A stretch of 64,000 nt of DNA, from assembly GCA_030704615.1 (NCBI GenBank), contig CM060733.1, positions 34,658,001 through 34,722,000 on the forward strand, in the 5' to 3' direction. Origin of the DNA: Takakia lepidozioides. Its lineage: Eukaryota; Plantae; Bryophyta. The translations under genes and the position numbers were made by a program. Below the pieces are notes generated by a model that saw nothing but the letters and a program-made list of their open reading frames with translations, did not search any database and was not told where the DNA came from. This document shows, in pieces, positions 26,404 to 38,451 of the stretch (within the stretch, counting starts at the first letter, position 1; each line of letters begins with the position of its first letter).

Positions 26404-26997
26404 TAATATCCTCTTTCTCCATTCTCAGGAATAGGAGTACTCCCAAAGTCAGGAATGGGCTTCTGTAAATTAATGGGTTTGTGACTTTGTGAAGGAGAGG
26501 ATCTTCGAGGGAGCTTCCAAGATATTCTCAACCTTTGCTCACTTCACGGCACACTGGGCAATCTCACAATCGTTCCTCCAGTTTGATATCACCTACACTA
26601 CACTACCGCAGGGAAGGGAGGGTGGGGGCGCCCACAGTGTTAAGTCCACTGTAAGGCGCGACGGTGCACTCCCAAATAAGGATTTTGTTACGTGTCCTTC
26701 TCGGGTCTGAGCTACAAGGACTCACCTACCCAGGTCGAGATCGGAAATTGCTGGGATGGTGGAACGGACAATCATGGTCCATGGATGATCTCTCCTGTGC
26801 AGTTTTTATGGTCCGAAGTCTCAACTTTGTTTGGAGACCAGTTCTATATCATGCTCGGATGCAGTTCCGCAACAAGCTGGTGCACAAATCAGTAAGGCAG
26901 CACTTCAGACTGTACAGGTCCCACACCCAGATTTGATCAAGCCCATGATTGAAGGCCACGCCTAGATACCGATTTCTTCTGCATCCTCTTATGTAAA

Positions 26998-27421
26998 GCC
27001 TCTGAATCTGGCCGAGTAGTCCCTCGATCTATGAAGTACTTTCCAGAACTGTTAGTAGCCCTAAAGATCAGGTTATGCTCTTGTCCCTTGCTGTTCAAGA
27101 GCATATGTGTAGACCCACTACTGACTAGATCGTTATCCAAAGACGGTTAAGTGCTATTGGCTGCTTAGAATGCGAACATAACAATGATCTATAACATCGC
27201 TTGGGAAATTTAGTTGAGAAACTTGACAGTTTGCGCCTGTTCTAATTATAGATCTCTCTAAGAAATCTTGGAGCTGTCCTGAGAAAGAATGTGTCCCAAA
27301 GTGAGTCAAGAAAACGTGGCCCTCCAGTTGAACACCTTGCAGCAGCAGAGCAGCAGCGGCGGCTGAAGCCGTGGGTTAAGGGTGCAGGACCTTCGGGAAC
27401 CTACTCCTGTGTAGGACGTCC
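26998..27421 (+). repeat. Diverged direct copy of RLK internal segment ~21899-22378
   Basis: GCCTCTGAATCTGGCCGAGTAGTCCCTCGATCTATGAAGTA...CTACTCCTGTGTA is shared, with several indels. Confidence 0.9.
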
Positions 27422-27511
27422 GTTCATGGTGACCAAGGGGCTGGAGAGGGGGACCGAGATGGAAACACGGAAGGAATCTGGGAAAAGATGGTGGTGGCAT
27501 GGGATGAAGGC

Positions 27512-27750
27512 TACCTTTCAAAATCTCGTTCACGCAGGTCGAATTTTCAGCCAAGAGGCGCAACGTCATGGAAATGGCGGAGGCAGTGGTCTCGTGGCCA
27601 GCAAACATGAGGACGATGAGGTTGTCTTGGATGGCAGCCTCGGTGAGGAACTGTCCATTCTCGTCCGGCGTCGTCAGGAGCACTGGCAGAAGGTCTTGAT
27701 GTGCGCGCTATGCAAGTTTGTCTTCGAGTTCCTGACACTGTACAGATCAT
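27512..27750 (-). pseudogene. Cytochrome P450 exon fragment (I-helix), CYP85 clan, CYP716/725-like
   Basis: QDLLPVLLTTPDENGQFLTEAAIQDNLIVLMFAGHETTASAISMTLRLLAENSTCVNEILK followed by a GT donor; no other P450 exons seen. Confidence 0.8.
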
Positions 27751-27890
27751 CCATGGTCATAACAATACTTTCAAGAACAGTCCCTGATCTCTTGAAAGAA
27801 AGGAAGACAGCAACTAAGATAACTAAATTCACCCCTGACTGCAAGTACATCTCATAAATATCGGTCATTTGAGTTGCAATATGTAGCAAG

Positions 27891-28274
27891 TGTTGAAATC
27901 GAAGATCTAGTCCCTCATTGACATGTGGACCATGCTAGTCTAATAGTCATAGTCAGCAACTAGGTGGCAGTCCACCGAGCACACACATATGCCAGTCAGT
28001 CACATTTTGAATCTCTAGCTAGTTGGATCTCCGGCACTTAGTAGTACTTGTATTTTTTGGTGGCAGACGATACTTAGTTAGTTTTTATATATGTTCATAG
28101 CGTGGTGTAGTTAAGCTTACAGATGCGTGAGCATCATTGATTTCGATGGATTGCCTTGTAGATTGATAAGCCGCGTACTTCTCAGTGTTTCAATAGTGTT
28201 GGATAGCTTCTTCATAACTTATTGGCTACTTTGCAAACAACTATGAGCAAGCAGTGAAATCAGTATTTTCAAGA
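27891..28274 (+). repeat. Copia 5' LTR
   Basis: TGTTGAAATC...TTTTCAAGA, directly repeated at 32586-32975. Confidence 0.93.
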
Positions 28275-28288
28275 GGTTATGGACCCAC
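28275..28288 (+). other. Primer-binding site of the half-tRNA(iMet) type
   Basis: GGTTATGGACCCAC is 13/14 complementary to the anticodon arm of plant initiator tRNA-Met (GTGGGCCCATAACC). Confidence 0.8.
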
Positions 28289-28346
28289 AATCGCTTATTG
28301 TTGTGTGAGAGGTTTTCTTTATGTAGAAGTAAGGGTGATAGAAGAA

Positions 28347-31300
28347 ATGGGGTCAGTGAAGACAGATTCTAAGAACGTGACGAATATTGAGAAGTTCACG
28401 GGAGATAACTTCCAACTATGGAAGTTCCAAATGCAAGTGCTATTCCGAGCAAAGAAGCTTTTAGGTGTTGTTGAGGGAATAGAATTGAGAGAAGAAGCTT
28501 TGGATCAAGATGAGTGGGATGACAAGGATAACTGTGCTTCTTTGTACATCTGCAGGTCGGTAGACAAGAAGCGCATGCAGCAACTCATTGCATGCAAGAC
28601 ATCAGCAGAGATGTGGAGTCGTCTCATCACCATTCATGAGCAGTGCGCAAGCGAAAATATCCATATGCTACAGCAGAAATTTTTTGAATACAAGATGAGT
28701 GATGGTGATGATGTAGCTGAACACATTAGCACCATAGAGTCCATGGCCTGCCAGCTTAACGATCTTGGGGAGGCCACAACAGATCGAGCAGTAATCACCA
28801 AGATTATTTGCAGTTTACCTCCTTCATACCGACACATGATCTCAGCGTGGGACAGTGTTCCGAAAGATGAGCAGACGATCGAGAAACTTACCGTAAGACT
28901 GCTAAAAGAAGAAACCCTGAACAAAGAACGAGGAGCATTTGATGAAGCCAGAGATAAGGCCTTTTTTGTTGGTCGGCCAGGTAATATGAACAACAGCGGA
29001 AGCGGTGATGGTAAGCCAAGATTGACGTATGCTGAACGTCAGGAAAAGAGAAGGAGAATCGAGGAATTGAAGAAACGAACTCATTGCAATGGTTGCGGAA
29101 GAAGAGGACACTGGGAGCGCGAGTGTCCTGATAAGAAGGCAACATAGACAAGTCAAGCAAATCAAGTGGAGAGTATGTCTCCAGAGGTCAATATTAGCAC
29201 TGCATACACTGTTCACGGGGCTCAATCTTCTAGAGTTACCATGGCTCAGAGTAACTGTTGGTATGTTGATGGCGGTGCAAGTGAGCACATGACCGATAAG
29301 AGAGAGTGGTTCAAGAATTTGGAACCAATAGCTAAGGGGAAGTGGCCTGTCGTGGTCGTTAACAATGAGTCTGTGTGGGTTGAGGGAGTTGGGGATATCG
29401 AGATTCTGAGTCTTGTTGGAGATAGGTGGGAGAGAGGAGTGATTACAAAGGCTTTGTATGTCCCTAAGTTGAAAAAGAATCTATTCTCAATCGGACAGGC
29501 AGCAGACAAGGGAATTGTCACTACCTATAACAAAGAAAGTTGCAAATTAATTAGCAATGAGGGACAAGGAAGAATTGTGATAGTAGGTTTGCGTGACAGG
29601 AAACTGTATAAGCTGCAGTTGAAGGTCATTATACCTAAGAATATTGACAAGGGTTTGTTAAGTGGCAAAAATAAGAGCATCGCTTTCTTGAGTGAGTCAA
29701 ACCCTAGCAATCTACATCTCTGGCATTGTCGTTTGGGACATCTAAATCATGCTATGATCAAGAAAATGGAGGCATCACAGAGTGTAGAAGGTCTGAAGAT
29801 AGGCAGTCTGAGTGAGGCATCTACCTTCTGTGAAGGATGTGCCTATGGCAAGAGCCATAGACAAAGCTTTCCTGTCAATGATGAGAGAGTAAAAGCTGAG
29901 AAAGCTGGAGATTTCTTACACACGGATGTGTGTGGACCGATGAAAATAGACTCCATCGAAGGGTCAAGGTATTATGTTGTTTTCAAAGATGATTTCTCAG
30001 GGTACATAATGGTATTCTGCATGAAGAAGAAGTCTGAAATCATAGAGCACTTTCGAAAGGTCCTTAAGCAGACACAACAAGAAACAAAGAACAATGTCAA
30101 GATAGTTCATAGTGACCGAGGGGGAGAGTTTATGAGTTCAGCTTTTAAAGAGCTTTGTGAGAAAAAGGGAATCCGTCATGAGCTGACAGCTCCTTATACA
30201 CCGGAGCAGAACGGTGTTGCCGAGAGAGAAAATAGAACCATCATGGAGTCAACAAGGAGTATGTTGCATATAAGCAATATTGGCCTGGAATTCTGGGCAG
30301 AGGCGGTACTAACGAGTGCTTACATCCTGAATAGAACAGGAACACGGTTACTGGATGGAAAGACGCCGATCGAAGCATGGTCAGGAGCAAGACCATCTGT
30401 TGTTCATTTCAAGATTTTTGGATCAGATGTCTATTCTCACATTCCAAAGCAGATGAGATCCAAACTTGATCCTAAGTGCAAGAAATGTGCATTCATAGGA
30501 TATTGCACCGAGAGCAAAGCATATCGGCTCTGGCACAATGACACTAAGAAGGTAATAATCAGCCGAGATGTTGTGTTTGATGAGGGATCATACACATCTA
30601 CAACACAGTCATTGCAAACTCAAAGTGGAGTCTCCATTATGGATCTGTATGATGATTTTGAGGACTCAGTGGAAGTACCTGAACTAGTGGGAGCAATGTA
30701 GGAAACAGTGGACGCAGAACCAGTGGGAGCAATGCAGGGAACAGTGGATGCAGTTGAGGCAATAGAAGAATTGATGGGAGCTCAAGAAGGACGAATTAAT
30801 GAGCAAGCGGTATATGAACCAGTGGGAGTTCAGCTTGAAGTGGTCCTTGATGGATGTGTGGAGAAACCATATGGGCAAATGACACGATACGAAACTCGAT
30901 CACGACAAGCACCAACGAGGTAGAGGTGCAGTCTTTTGTTGCAGTAGCGAGTTCATTGGAAGAGCCCCATGATTATTGGATTGCGATCAACTCAGAACAG
31001 AGAGTCGAATGGCAGCAAGCGATGGACAAGGAATTCAACTCTCTCACTCAAAACGAGACATGGTTGCTTACAGAACTACCTCGTGATCGCAAAGCGGTGC
31101 AATGTAAATGGGTTTTCAAACTAAAAACAAAATCAAATGGAACAGTTGAGAGATACAAGGCACGATTAGTTGCCAAGGGATTCTCACAGCAGTATGGTAT
31201 CGACTACGCAGAAACATTTTCTCCTGTAGCCAAGTATGACTCCATTCGCACCATTCTTGCCATTGCAGCATCTGAGGATATGAATATCATGCAATTTGAT

Positions 31301-32520
31301 ATTAAAACCGCATTTCTCTATGGAGAACTCGAAGAAGAGATCTACATGATCCAGCCGCCGGGCTTCATAGCACCAGGCACAGAGCACCTGGTATGCAATT
31401 TGAAAAAATGTCTGTATGGACTGAAGCAGGCTTCACGAGTTTGGAATGCGAAGTTTGACAATTTTCTGTTTAGGTACAATTTGGTATCAAGTGCGGCAGA
31501 TCCTTGCATTTACTACAGTAAGGAGAAGCCCAAAATCATCACATCTCTTTTCATGGATGATGGACTGGCCTGTTGCGTTGGTCAGCAAGGCTTGACAACA
31601 TGTTTGAATACATGGGTAAGGAATTTGAAACCAAAGTGGGAGAGGCAGACTGTTATGTTGGTTTGCGAATTAAAATAGATCGGCAACGCAGGACTATTTC
31701 AATCGATCAGCAAGTCTACATTGAGAAGATGATCACGAAGTATGGTTTCGATAATGCAATGGCAGTGACGACTCTTGCTGACCCTAATACTCAAATGAGT
31801 TTCTACTCTCTTTCAGGTGACTCAGAGAAAGAAGAAAAGGAAAACATCATGGATTACCAATTTCCATATCAGGAAATGGTTGGGAGCTTGATGTTTGCAA
31901 GCATCGGGAGTCGTCCTGACATCTCATATGCAGTAAGTACAGTGGCGAAATACGCATCAAGACACATACATGTGCACTGCAACGCTGTGAAACGGATCAT
32001 GAAATACTTGAAGGGAACATCTCATTTTGTTCTGACCTACAATGGGAAGCAAGACACAAATCTGCTCACAGGATTTTGCGACGCAGATTATGCTGGTGAC
32101 ATAGATGAAAATCCAGATCCGGATGTGTCATTATGTTGAACCAAGGAGCAATTGTTTGGAGCAGTCGGAAACAAGCGTGTACTGCTGGATCGACAACTGA
32201 ATCGGAGTACGTTGCGGCTCACATGGCTACGAGGGAGATTATTTGGTTACGGAGACTCATGGACTCCATTAGACATTCACAGAAGACACCCACCCCACTT
32301 CACAGCGATAACCAGAGTTGCATCAGACTGGTTCACAATCCAGAGTACCATCGTTGAACAAAGCACATAGACGTTCAGTACCATGTCATTCGCGAGGACC
32401 AGGCGAAGGGAGAAATTGATATTCAGTATGTTCACACGAACGATTAGATTGCCGATATTTTTACGAAGGCTCTTGGTCAGACAAGTTCTTTCGTTTTCGC
32501 TCCATGCTTGGGTTGCATTC
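28347..32520 (+). pseudogene. gag-pol: Copia gag-pol polyprotein with stops and frameshifts
   Basis: KFTGDNFQLWK; CNGCGRRGHWEREC knuckle; WYVDGGASEHM protease; WHCRLGH/CEGC and HSDRGGEF/TPEQNGVAER integrase; RYKARLVAKGF/QFDIKTAF RT; GFCDADYAGD/STTESEY RNase H. Confidence 0.93.
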
Positions 32521-32585
32521 CCCAGCAAGCAATCTCTGTGCAAACGATCTTTGAAGCATGCATACAATGTCGGACTGAGTGGGAG

Positions 32586-32975
32586 TGTTGAAATCGAAGA
32601 TCCAGTCCGTCATTGACATCTGGACCATGTTGGTCGAATAGTCATAGTCAACAACTAGGTGGCAGTCCACCGAGCAGTCACAATCACAGATGCCAGTCAG
32701 TCACATTTTGAATCTCTAGCTAGTTGGATCTCCCGCACTTAGTAGTACTTGTATTTTTTGGTGGCAGACGATACTTAGTTAGTTTTTATGTATGTTCATA
32801 GCGTGGTGTAGTTAAGCTTACAGATGCGTGAGCATCATTGATTTCGATGGATTGCCTTGTAGATTGATAAGCCGCGTACTTCTCAGTGTTTCAATAGTGT
32901 TGGATAGCTTCTTCATAACTTACTGGCTACTCTGTAAACAGCTATGAGCAAGCAGTGAAATCAGTATTTTCAAGA
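32586..32975 (+). repeat. Copia 3' LTR
   Basis: Direct repeat of 27891-28274, preceded by purine-rich GACTGAGTGGGAG. Confidence 0.93.
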
Positions 32976-33151
32976 TTGTCATTGTTTTTGGTAGAATTGG
33001 CATGATACAAGAAAAGAAAACGTGTTGTAGTAAGCGGAGGCTGATCCAGGTTGAAAAGATACATCACATGATTTTTGGTAGGAACAGCTGGAGCAACCAC
33101 AGTTCGGTCTTTCAAGATCACTTGCAGCTTTGGCTCAGCTACGATTCCCAT
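32976..33151 (-). pseudogene. N-terminus of a BAHD acyltransferase, truncated at the Copia LTR
   Basis: MGIVAEPKLQVILKDRTVVAPAVPTKNHVMYLFNLDQPPLTTTRFLFLY matches the BAHD/Transferase N-terminal pattern VxPxxPT...LSxLDQ; no continuation on the other side of the Copia. Confidence 0.7.
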
Positions 33152-33598
33152 GCTTTCTAGAAGTCTTTTTCCTCCAGAAGGGAAGCGAGTACGTCAATGG
33201 GTCACTGCAAATCGATGTCTAAGATGTTTCGGAAGCTGAGAGCATTCAAATAACCTCAAAACGGAAATTACGAGGTTAGTACTTCGGACCTTCCTCCGTC
33301 CTCGACCCAGTTGCAGATCTTCGGACTTGAACTTTCAGCTGTACAACTTTCTGTCTGTGCCTATCCTCAATATCGTTCTTCCTTGTGTCTCTTGGCAATA
33401 AGCATTCGAGCTATAACGCCCATGAAAACGTGATGAGCTACCGATCTTGCTTCGCCGGAATCTCTTTGTAAACTTTCAAGTCGCCACATCATTTCTCTAT
33501 CAACGCGCGTCCCTGCCATGGCCCATGATTGTTTGGCACTGTACTAATTTACAGCACATGTGATAATTTAGAGTAGTACTTGGGCATTATGACATCCA

Positions 33599-33670
33599 GT
33601 CCATTAGCTCAGTCTGGTAAAGCAGTGACTGTCACCCGGTGATTCTTTTGTTCAAATCCTGCTACCTTGT
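33599..33670 (+). other. Degenerate tRNA-like sequence or tRNA-derived SINE head (mirror at ~45528-45598, minus strand)
   Basis: A box TAGCTCAGTCTGGT (33605), central CTGTCAC (Asp-like loop), B box GTTCAAATCC (33650); stems are poor. Confidence 0.45.
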
Positions 33671-33853
33671 TGCACCGTGTTTTTTGCTCGCCAAAAAGCT
33701 CATTTTTTAGGGAGGAGCCGTTCCGATTGTTTGAGCAATAAAAACTGCAGTTCCATCGCTTTGGGCAGGCACAACCTCACTGTGGAACTGACTGATGCAG
33801 GGCGAAGGGAGATTGTGCGTCGCAATGGGCATTATCGTATGGAAACAGAGTAT

Positions 33854-34099
33854 CAGTGTTTTTTTTTTTTGGCGAAAAATTGCCAAATGGCGACCTCAAA
33901 ACATTAAAATAGAATATTCTGTCGTAAATTCCCAATTTTTTCATGGATGAAATCGCCAATCTTCTACAAGGGGAAAAAAAACAATGGATGAATTTGCCAA
34001 ATGTGGATGATATAAATGGATGAAAGTACATAGGAGGATGATATAGCTATTTCTTGTAGCCACTCGTGCTATTTTTCAAATTTAAGAAAAAAATCACTG
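33854..34099. mobile_element. hAT-type MITE, copy 1
   Basis: CAGTGTTTTT...AAAAATCACTG termini; exact 8-bp TSD CAGAGTAT. Confidence 0.9.
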
Positions 34100-34547
34100 C
34101 AGAGTATGAGGGTAGGGTTTTATTTATCCCATAAATTCTCCCTCAAAAACAAAACTTTGAAAATGTGTTTCATGATTTTGATCCCACAAGACGTCCTCGA
34201 TGAGTTAAGCATCCAATTGGATGATTATGGGTACAATAGGTCTACTTTATCATCCAAACATACAAGCAAAACAATAAGAAATTAGATAGAAAAACTATCC
34301 ACAAAATGTTTAGGCACACAGACAAATGAACTTTCATCCTTCCTCGATCCCTAATTTGGAGGGAGATATGAATTTTTAAGTTGGGCGGGGGCTGGTTTGA
34401 GCCCTAAATTCATTGAATTGGATGTGGGCTTGAAGTTGGAAAGTCTCCGATCCCCTCAAGCGTAACGGTTGTCACTTGTCAAATGAAAAAGGAAATAAAA
34501 ACACATAAATGTAGAAAATGTGGAAATTAGAAAACAAAAATATGAAT

Positions 34548-34740
34548 AAAGGAATTTTGGGGGCAGATTCTGCGAGGCCCTGATTGGCTGCAGGCCATAA
34601 TGAGCCATTAAAAGTCAAACTGCCGATTATGGCAGTCAAGCAGCCGATTAGGAATGCAGAATGCGCCAGCGCCGTGGAGCGTCGATCTTCTGCATTTTAA
34701 TTTGCTTCAAAAAAGGCAGAATCTGCCCCCAAAATCCTTT
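34548..34740. mobile_element. MITE-like element with ~25-bp TIRs (mirror 44453-44645)
   Basis: AAAGGAATTTTGGGGGCAGATTCTGC ... GCAGAATCTGCCCCCAAAATCCTTT; no clear TSD. Confidence 0.6.
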
Positions 34741-35109
34741 CCGTCAGACGACATAACTTAGATGCAGTTCGTTTCCTTGGAACAAGTTGTCGTTCCCTCA
34801 AAATGTGATACCCTTCGGCCAACATTTAGTACATGCACAAATGATTAACATCAAAGTACACCAGTCACCTTCGGCATTTTTTTCCCATTGTCCGCCAAAA
34901 CGGGAGAGATGAACGAGAGGAAAAATTCGTATGATTGTCAACGTGGACCTGTTAACACTTGCCAGTTGTCAGTAAGCGGAATTTCTAGAGGTGCCAGCTC
35001 ATGTTTTCCGGCCACTTGGCGCACCAGGTAGAGTACACTCCCGCTACTTTCGAAAAATGAGAAAAAAAACACTGCCTTGTTGTGTGTGGTGTGTCTAACT
35101 TCTCCCTTC

Positions 35110-35385
35110 CAGTGTTTTTTTTCCTGGCGAAAAATCGCCAAATGGCGACCTCAAAACATTAAAATGGAATATTCTGTCGAAAATTCCCTGTTTTTTCATG
35201 GATGAAATCGCCAAACTTCTACAAGGGAAAAAAAAGATGGATGAATTCGCCAAATGTGGATGATATAAATGGATGAAAGTACATAGGAGGATGATTCTAT
35301 CCAAATTTTCAGTGGATGAACAGAATATATAGCTATTTCTTGTAGCCACTCGTGCTATTTTTCAAATTTCAGAAAAAAATCACTG
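35110..35385. mobile_element. hAT-type MITE, copy 2 (same family as 33854-34099)
   Basis: Same termini and interior; exact 8-bp TSD CTCCCTTC. Confidence 0.9.
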
Positions 35386-36672
35386 CTCCCTTCCCTTTGG
35401 CTTCCGAAATCATGAAGGATCTTTGAGGCAGATTATGCGCTTTAGAGACAAATTAAGAAGCAGAATAGGCAGTATGCATTATACCCAGCTTCACTGTGTA
35501 CAGCTCAAAACGATGTACAGCGATCCAAGGCTGCAGAGCTGCCCATTGTGCTTTACATAATTGCCAGATTGAATTGTAAGAGACCCTAATTATTAGGGTC
35601 AGTTCAGACCTGATGTTATCAACATCGGTAAATCATCATTTTACTATGGTTGTTCCCGGTGTCACTAGGTAGCCTACGTGGCACGGGCTATCACCAATTA
35701 ATAATATCGATATTAATATTTACTATTTGACACCCCCCCAAGGAAGCGTAAATTATGGGCCATCTCCCGTGCAACCGTACTGCACTTGGAGCCCGGCACC
35801 CTTTTCCTCCACCTCTCTACGCCTTGCAAGTTGCCTTCCTCTTGGCACGGGCAGCCTACTAATTTTTCCGTTTTGGGTGCAACAATCTGCACAGCAGTGT
35901 CTATTACTTGCAAAAATGCTCCATATGAAGGGCAAAAAAATCAGGGCCCTTCAAAAGAAAGGCCAGATAAAATCTGAACCTTTCATCATGAAGGGCTAAG
36001 AGAAAGGAAACTTGCAAATGAAAGTCTAAGTTTAATAGTGAAGGGTTCAAGCCTCAATGAACCCTTCACGGTACAAGTGCTTAATAATGAAGTGTTTCTG
36101 CAATGTATAGGGCTAACGGGAGGGCCTCGAGCGGAGGGCCCTCCACTAATTTTCTGCCCAAGGGCGGTAGCCCCAGGCGCCAGGGCAGAAGCAGAATTAG
36201 TGGAGGGCCCGACACGAGAGGCCCTCCCCAACGTAAAGAACTGGGCACATTTCTTTTTCCTTTTGTAAAAGATGAGCAGCAGTGCATTACATCGGCCGTA
36301 ATGTACACTGTCATTTCCAGAGAATGTACAGCCCCTAACAGACGGGAGAATCCGCTAAATAGGCGCCCCCTAAATACACTAGGGGAAATGTGGCCCAGTT
36401 CTTTACGCGCCCTCAGCGGGGCTGCCTGCGTGGCCCGCCCTTCCCCCTCCCCCTCACCCCCCGTGGCGGCTCCTGCGTTGGTCGCGACCAGTCGCTCCCC
36501 ATTCGCCCGCCCGTCCGCCTCTGCTTCAAACCCGTTGTACATTAATCATGTTACACAGCCATATATCATGCATGTTCAACATGTTCTATGTAACACAGCC
36601 ATCCATCATCACCAAGATATGACACCTCGACATAGATGCATGGAACCTCACACATAAATTCAAATTTCAACT

Positions 36673-37482
36673 TCAAAATAAATATTTTAATCGACTGCGG
36701 CGGATGATTTCTGTCATGTTTACTTCCGTACGGGCAATTGGCCAATTGGCACGCTGATTAACCTGCATGGCAACGAGTTGAGTAGCTACCGACTCACTAA
36801 GACTACCCACAATATTAGTCAACCCTTGGAGGGTGAATTCACCTGGTTTGCATTGCATAGCAGCAGGAACATATGGAGGAGATGTTGCATTCATGCCAAG
36901 CTCTAAGCCCACGAGAGCTTGAAACTTGGCATGGGGCCGCTGGATTGATTTGCTGAAGTTTGCCATTTTTAAGCTAATCTCTGCTAGCATGGTCTTATCA
37001 TTTACAAAATAGCGGCGTTGAGCCCAAGCCTAGATAGCAGGAGGTAAGCCAAGAAAAAAGAACACTCTAACCATGCGATCTCTCTCAGGTACATCAGTAA
37101 TATTTTCTGCTGCAGTAGATTTCAGGTCAAGGTACTACTGCCATAGTGACTCACTTGGCTTGTAGGTGCGCGAGGAGAATTTGGTGAAGCAGTCCAATGG
37201 ACGCTCCGTGGGTTTGAACAAGGTCCAGGCCCACTCAACTACAGATGCCCAACTAAGTTGAGGATCATCCATAACAGCTGCATACAATAGATTCCTAGCA
37301 GCCCCCTTCATGCTCATCCTAAATATAGCGACTTTAAAATTTTGAAGGACTCCATTAACTGCAGCAATATCTTCAAACATTTGTAAATACTGATCAAAGT
37401 CTTCCCGCATAGTATACTTTGGATGGGAAATGCTTGCGCGTGAGCCTGGCCGTGTGGAGTGCGTGAGCCTAGCCAGGCTCAC
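36673..37482 (-). pseudogene. Stand-alone retrotransposon gag (capsid)-like ORF with two in-frame stops
   Basis: PKY..EDFDQYLQMFE...MKGAARNL...LSW...KPSESLWQ*Y...FFLGLPPAI follows the gag capsid pattern; no LTR or pol nearby. Confidence 0.55.
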
Positions 37483-37940
37483 GCCACGTCAGCAAGGTTT
37501 CCCACGTGTAGGACCTAATTCCGTGGATGCCACCTATTTCCGTGGAATTGTAGGCGACTACCACGCCCCAGATTTGCCAACTTTATTTTCCAAGAAGTCT
37601 CCTCCCTCATCCAAATCTTGGTTGGATGAGAAATCACGGGTGGTTTGTAGATGGTTTTTGTCCACGGGCACAAGATATTGCAGAGAGTACAATGTCTCGT
37701 TACGTAATGAACACGAAGGAGAATGAGTTTGTTCTATAAAAGTTCTTCCCCCCCAATTCACATCCACCTTTCATTGATAGATGTTCTCCAGACAAACACC
37801 AGGAAATTCCTAAAGCGACTTTGCGGTTTATGAAAAAACATGGTGCAAAACAGGTTGGCAAGACTTGCAATATAAGACACGAAACGAAGAACAACATGGC
37901 CAGCAACCATACAAATACAAAAAACAGTCCTCAAATAAGG

Positions 37941-38405
37941 ATGCTTTCATTTCTTAAATCAAGGTTGCGTCAACGCAAGGTTGATTTGCATCAACCTCCT
38001 AGAGGAAAAAAAAAAAAAAAAAAAAAAAACCTTCAAGAAAAGATGTTTTCATTTCTCAAATCAAGGTTGCGTCAACCCAAGGTTGATTTGTATCACCCCC
38101 CAGGGAGAAAAAAAAAAAAACAAATTCAAAAATTGATGCTTACATTTCTCAAATTAATGTTGCGTCAACGCAAGGTTGATTTGCATCATCCCCGACGGAA
38201 AAAAAACAAAACAAAAAACAAAAAAAAACAAACTTCAAAAAATGATGCTTTCATTTCTCAAATCAATGTTGCGTCAACGCAAGGTTGATTTGCATCACCC
38301 CCCATGGAGGAAATATATATATATATATATATATATAAGATGCTTTCATTTCTCAAATTAAGGTTGCGTCAACGCAAGGTTGATTTGCATCACCCCCAGG
38401 GGAGG

Positions 38406-38451
<46 letters not shown>

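Larger units (their letters stand above)
27891..32975 (+). mobile_element. Ty1/Copia LTR retrotransposon, full-length but decayed, no TSD
   Basis: LTRs 27891-28274 and 32586-32975; PBS at 28275; PPT ~32573-32585; gag-PR-INT-RT-RH order; flanks GCAAG and TTGTC do not match. Confidence 0.95.
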
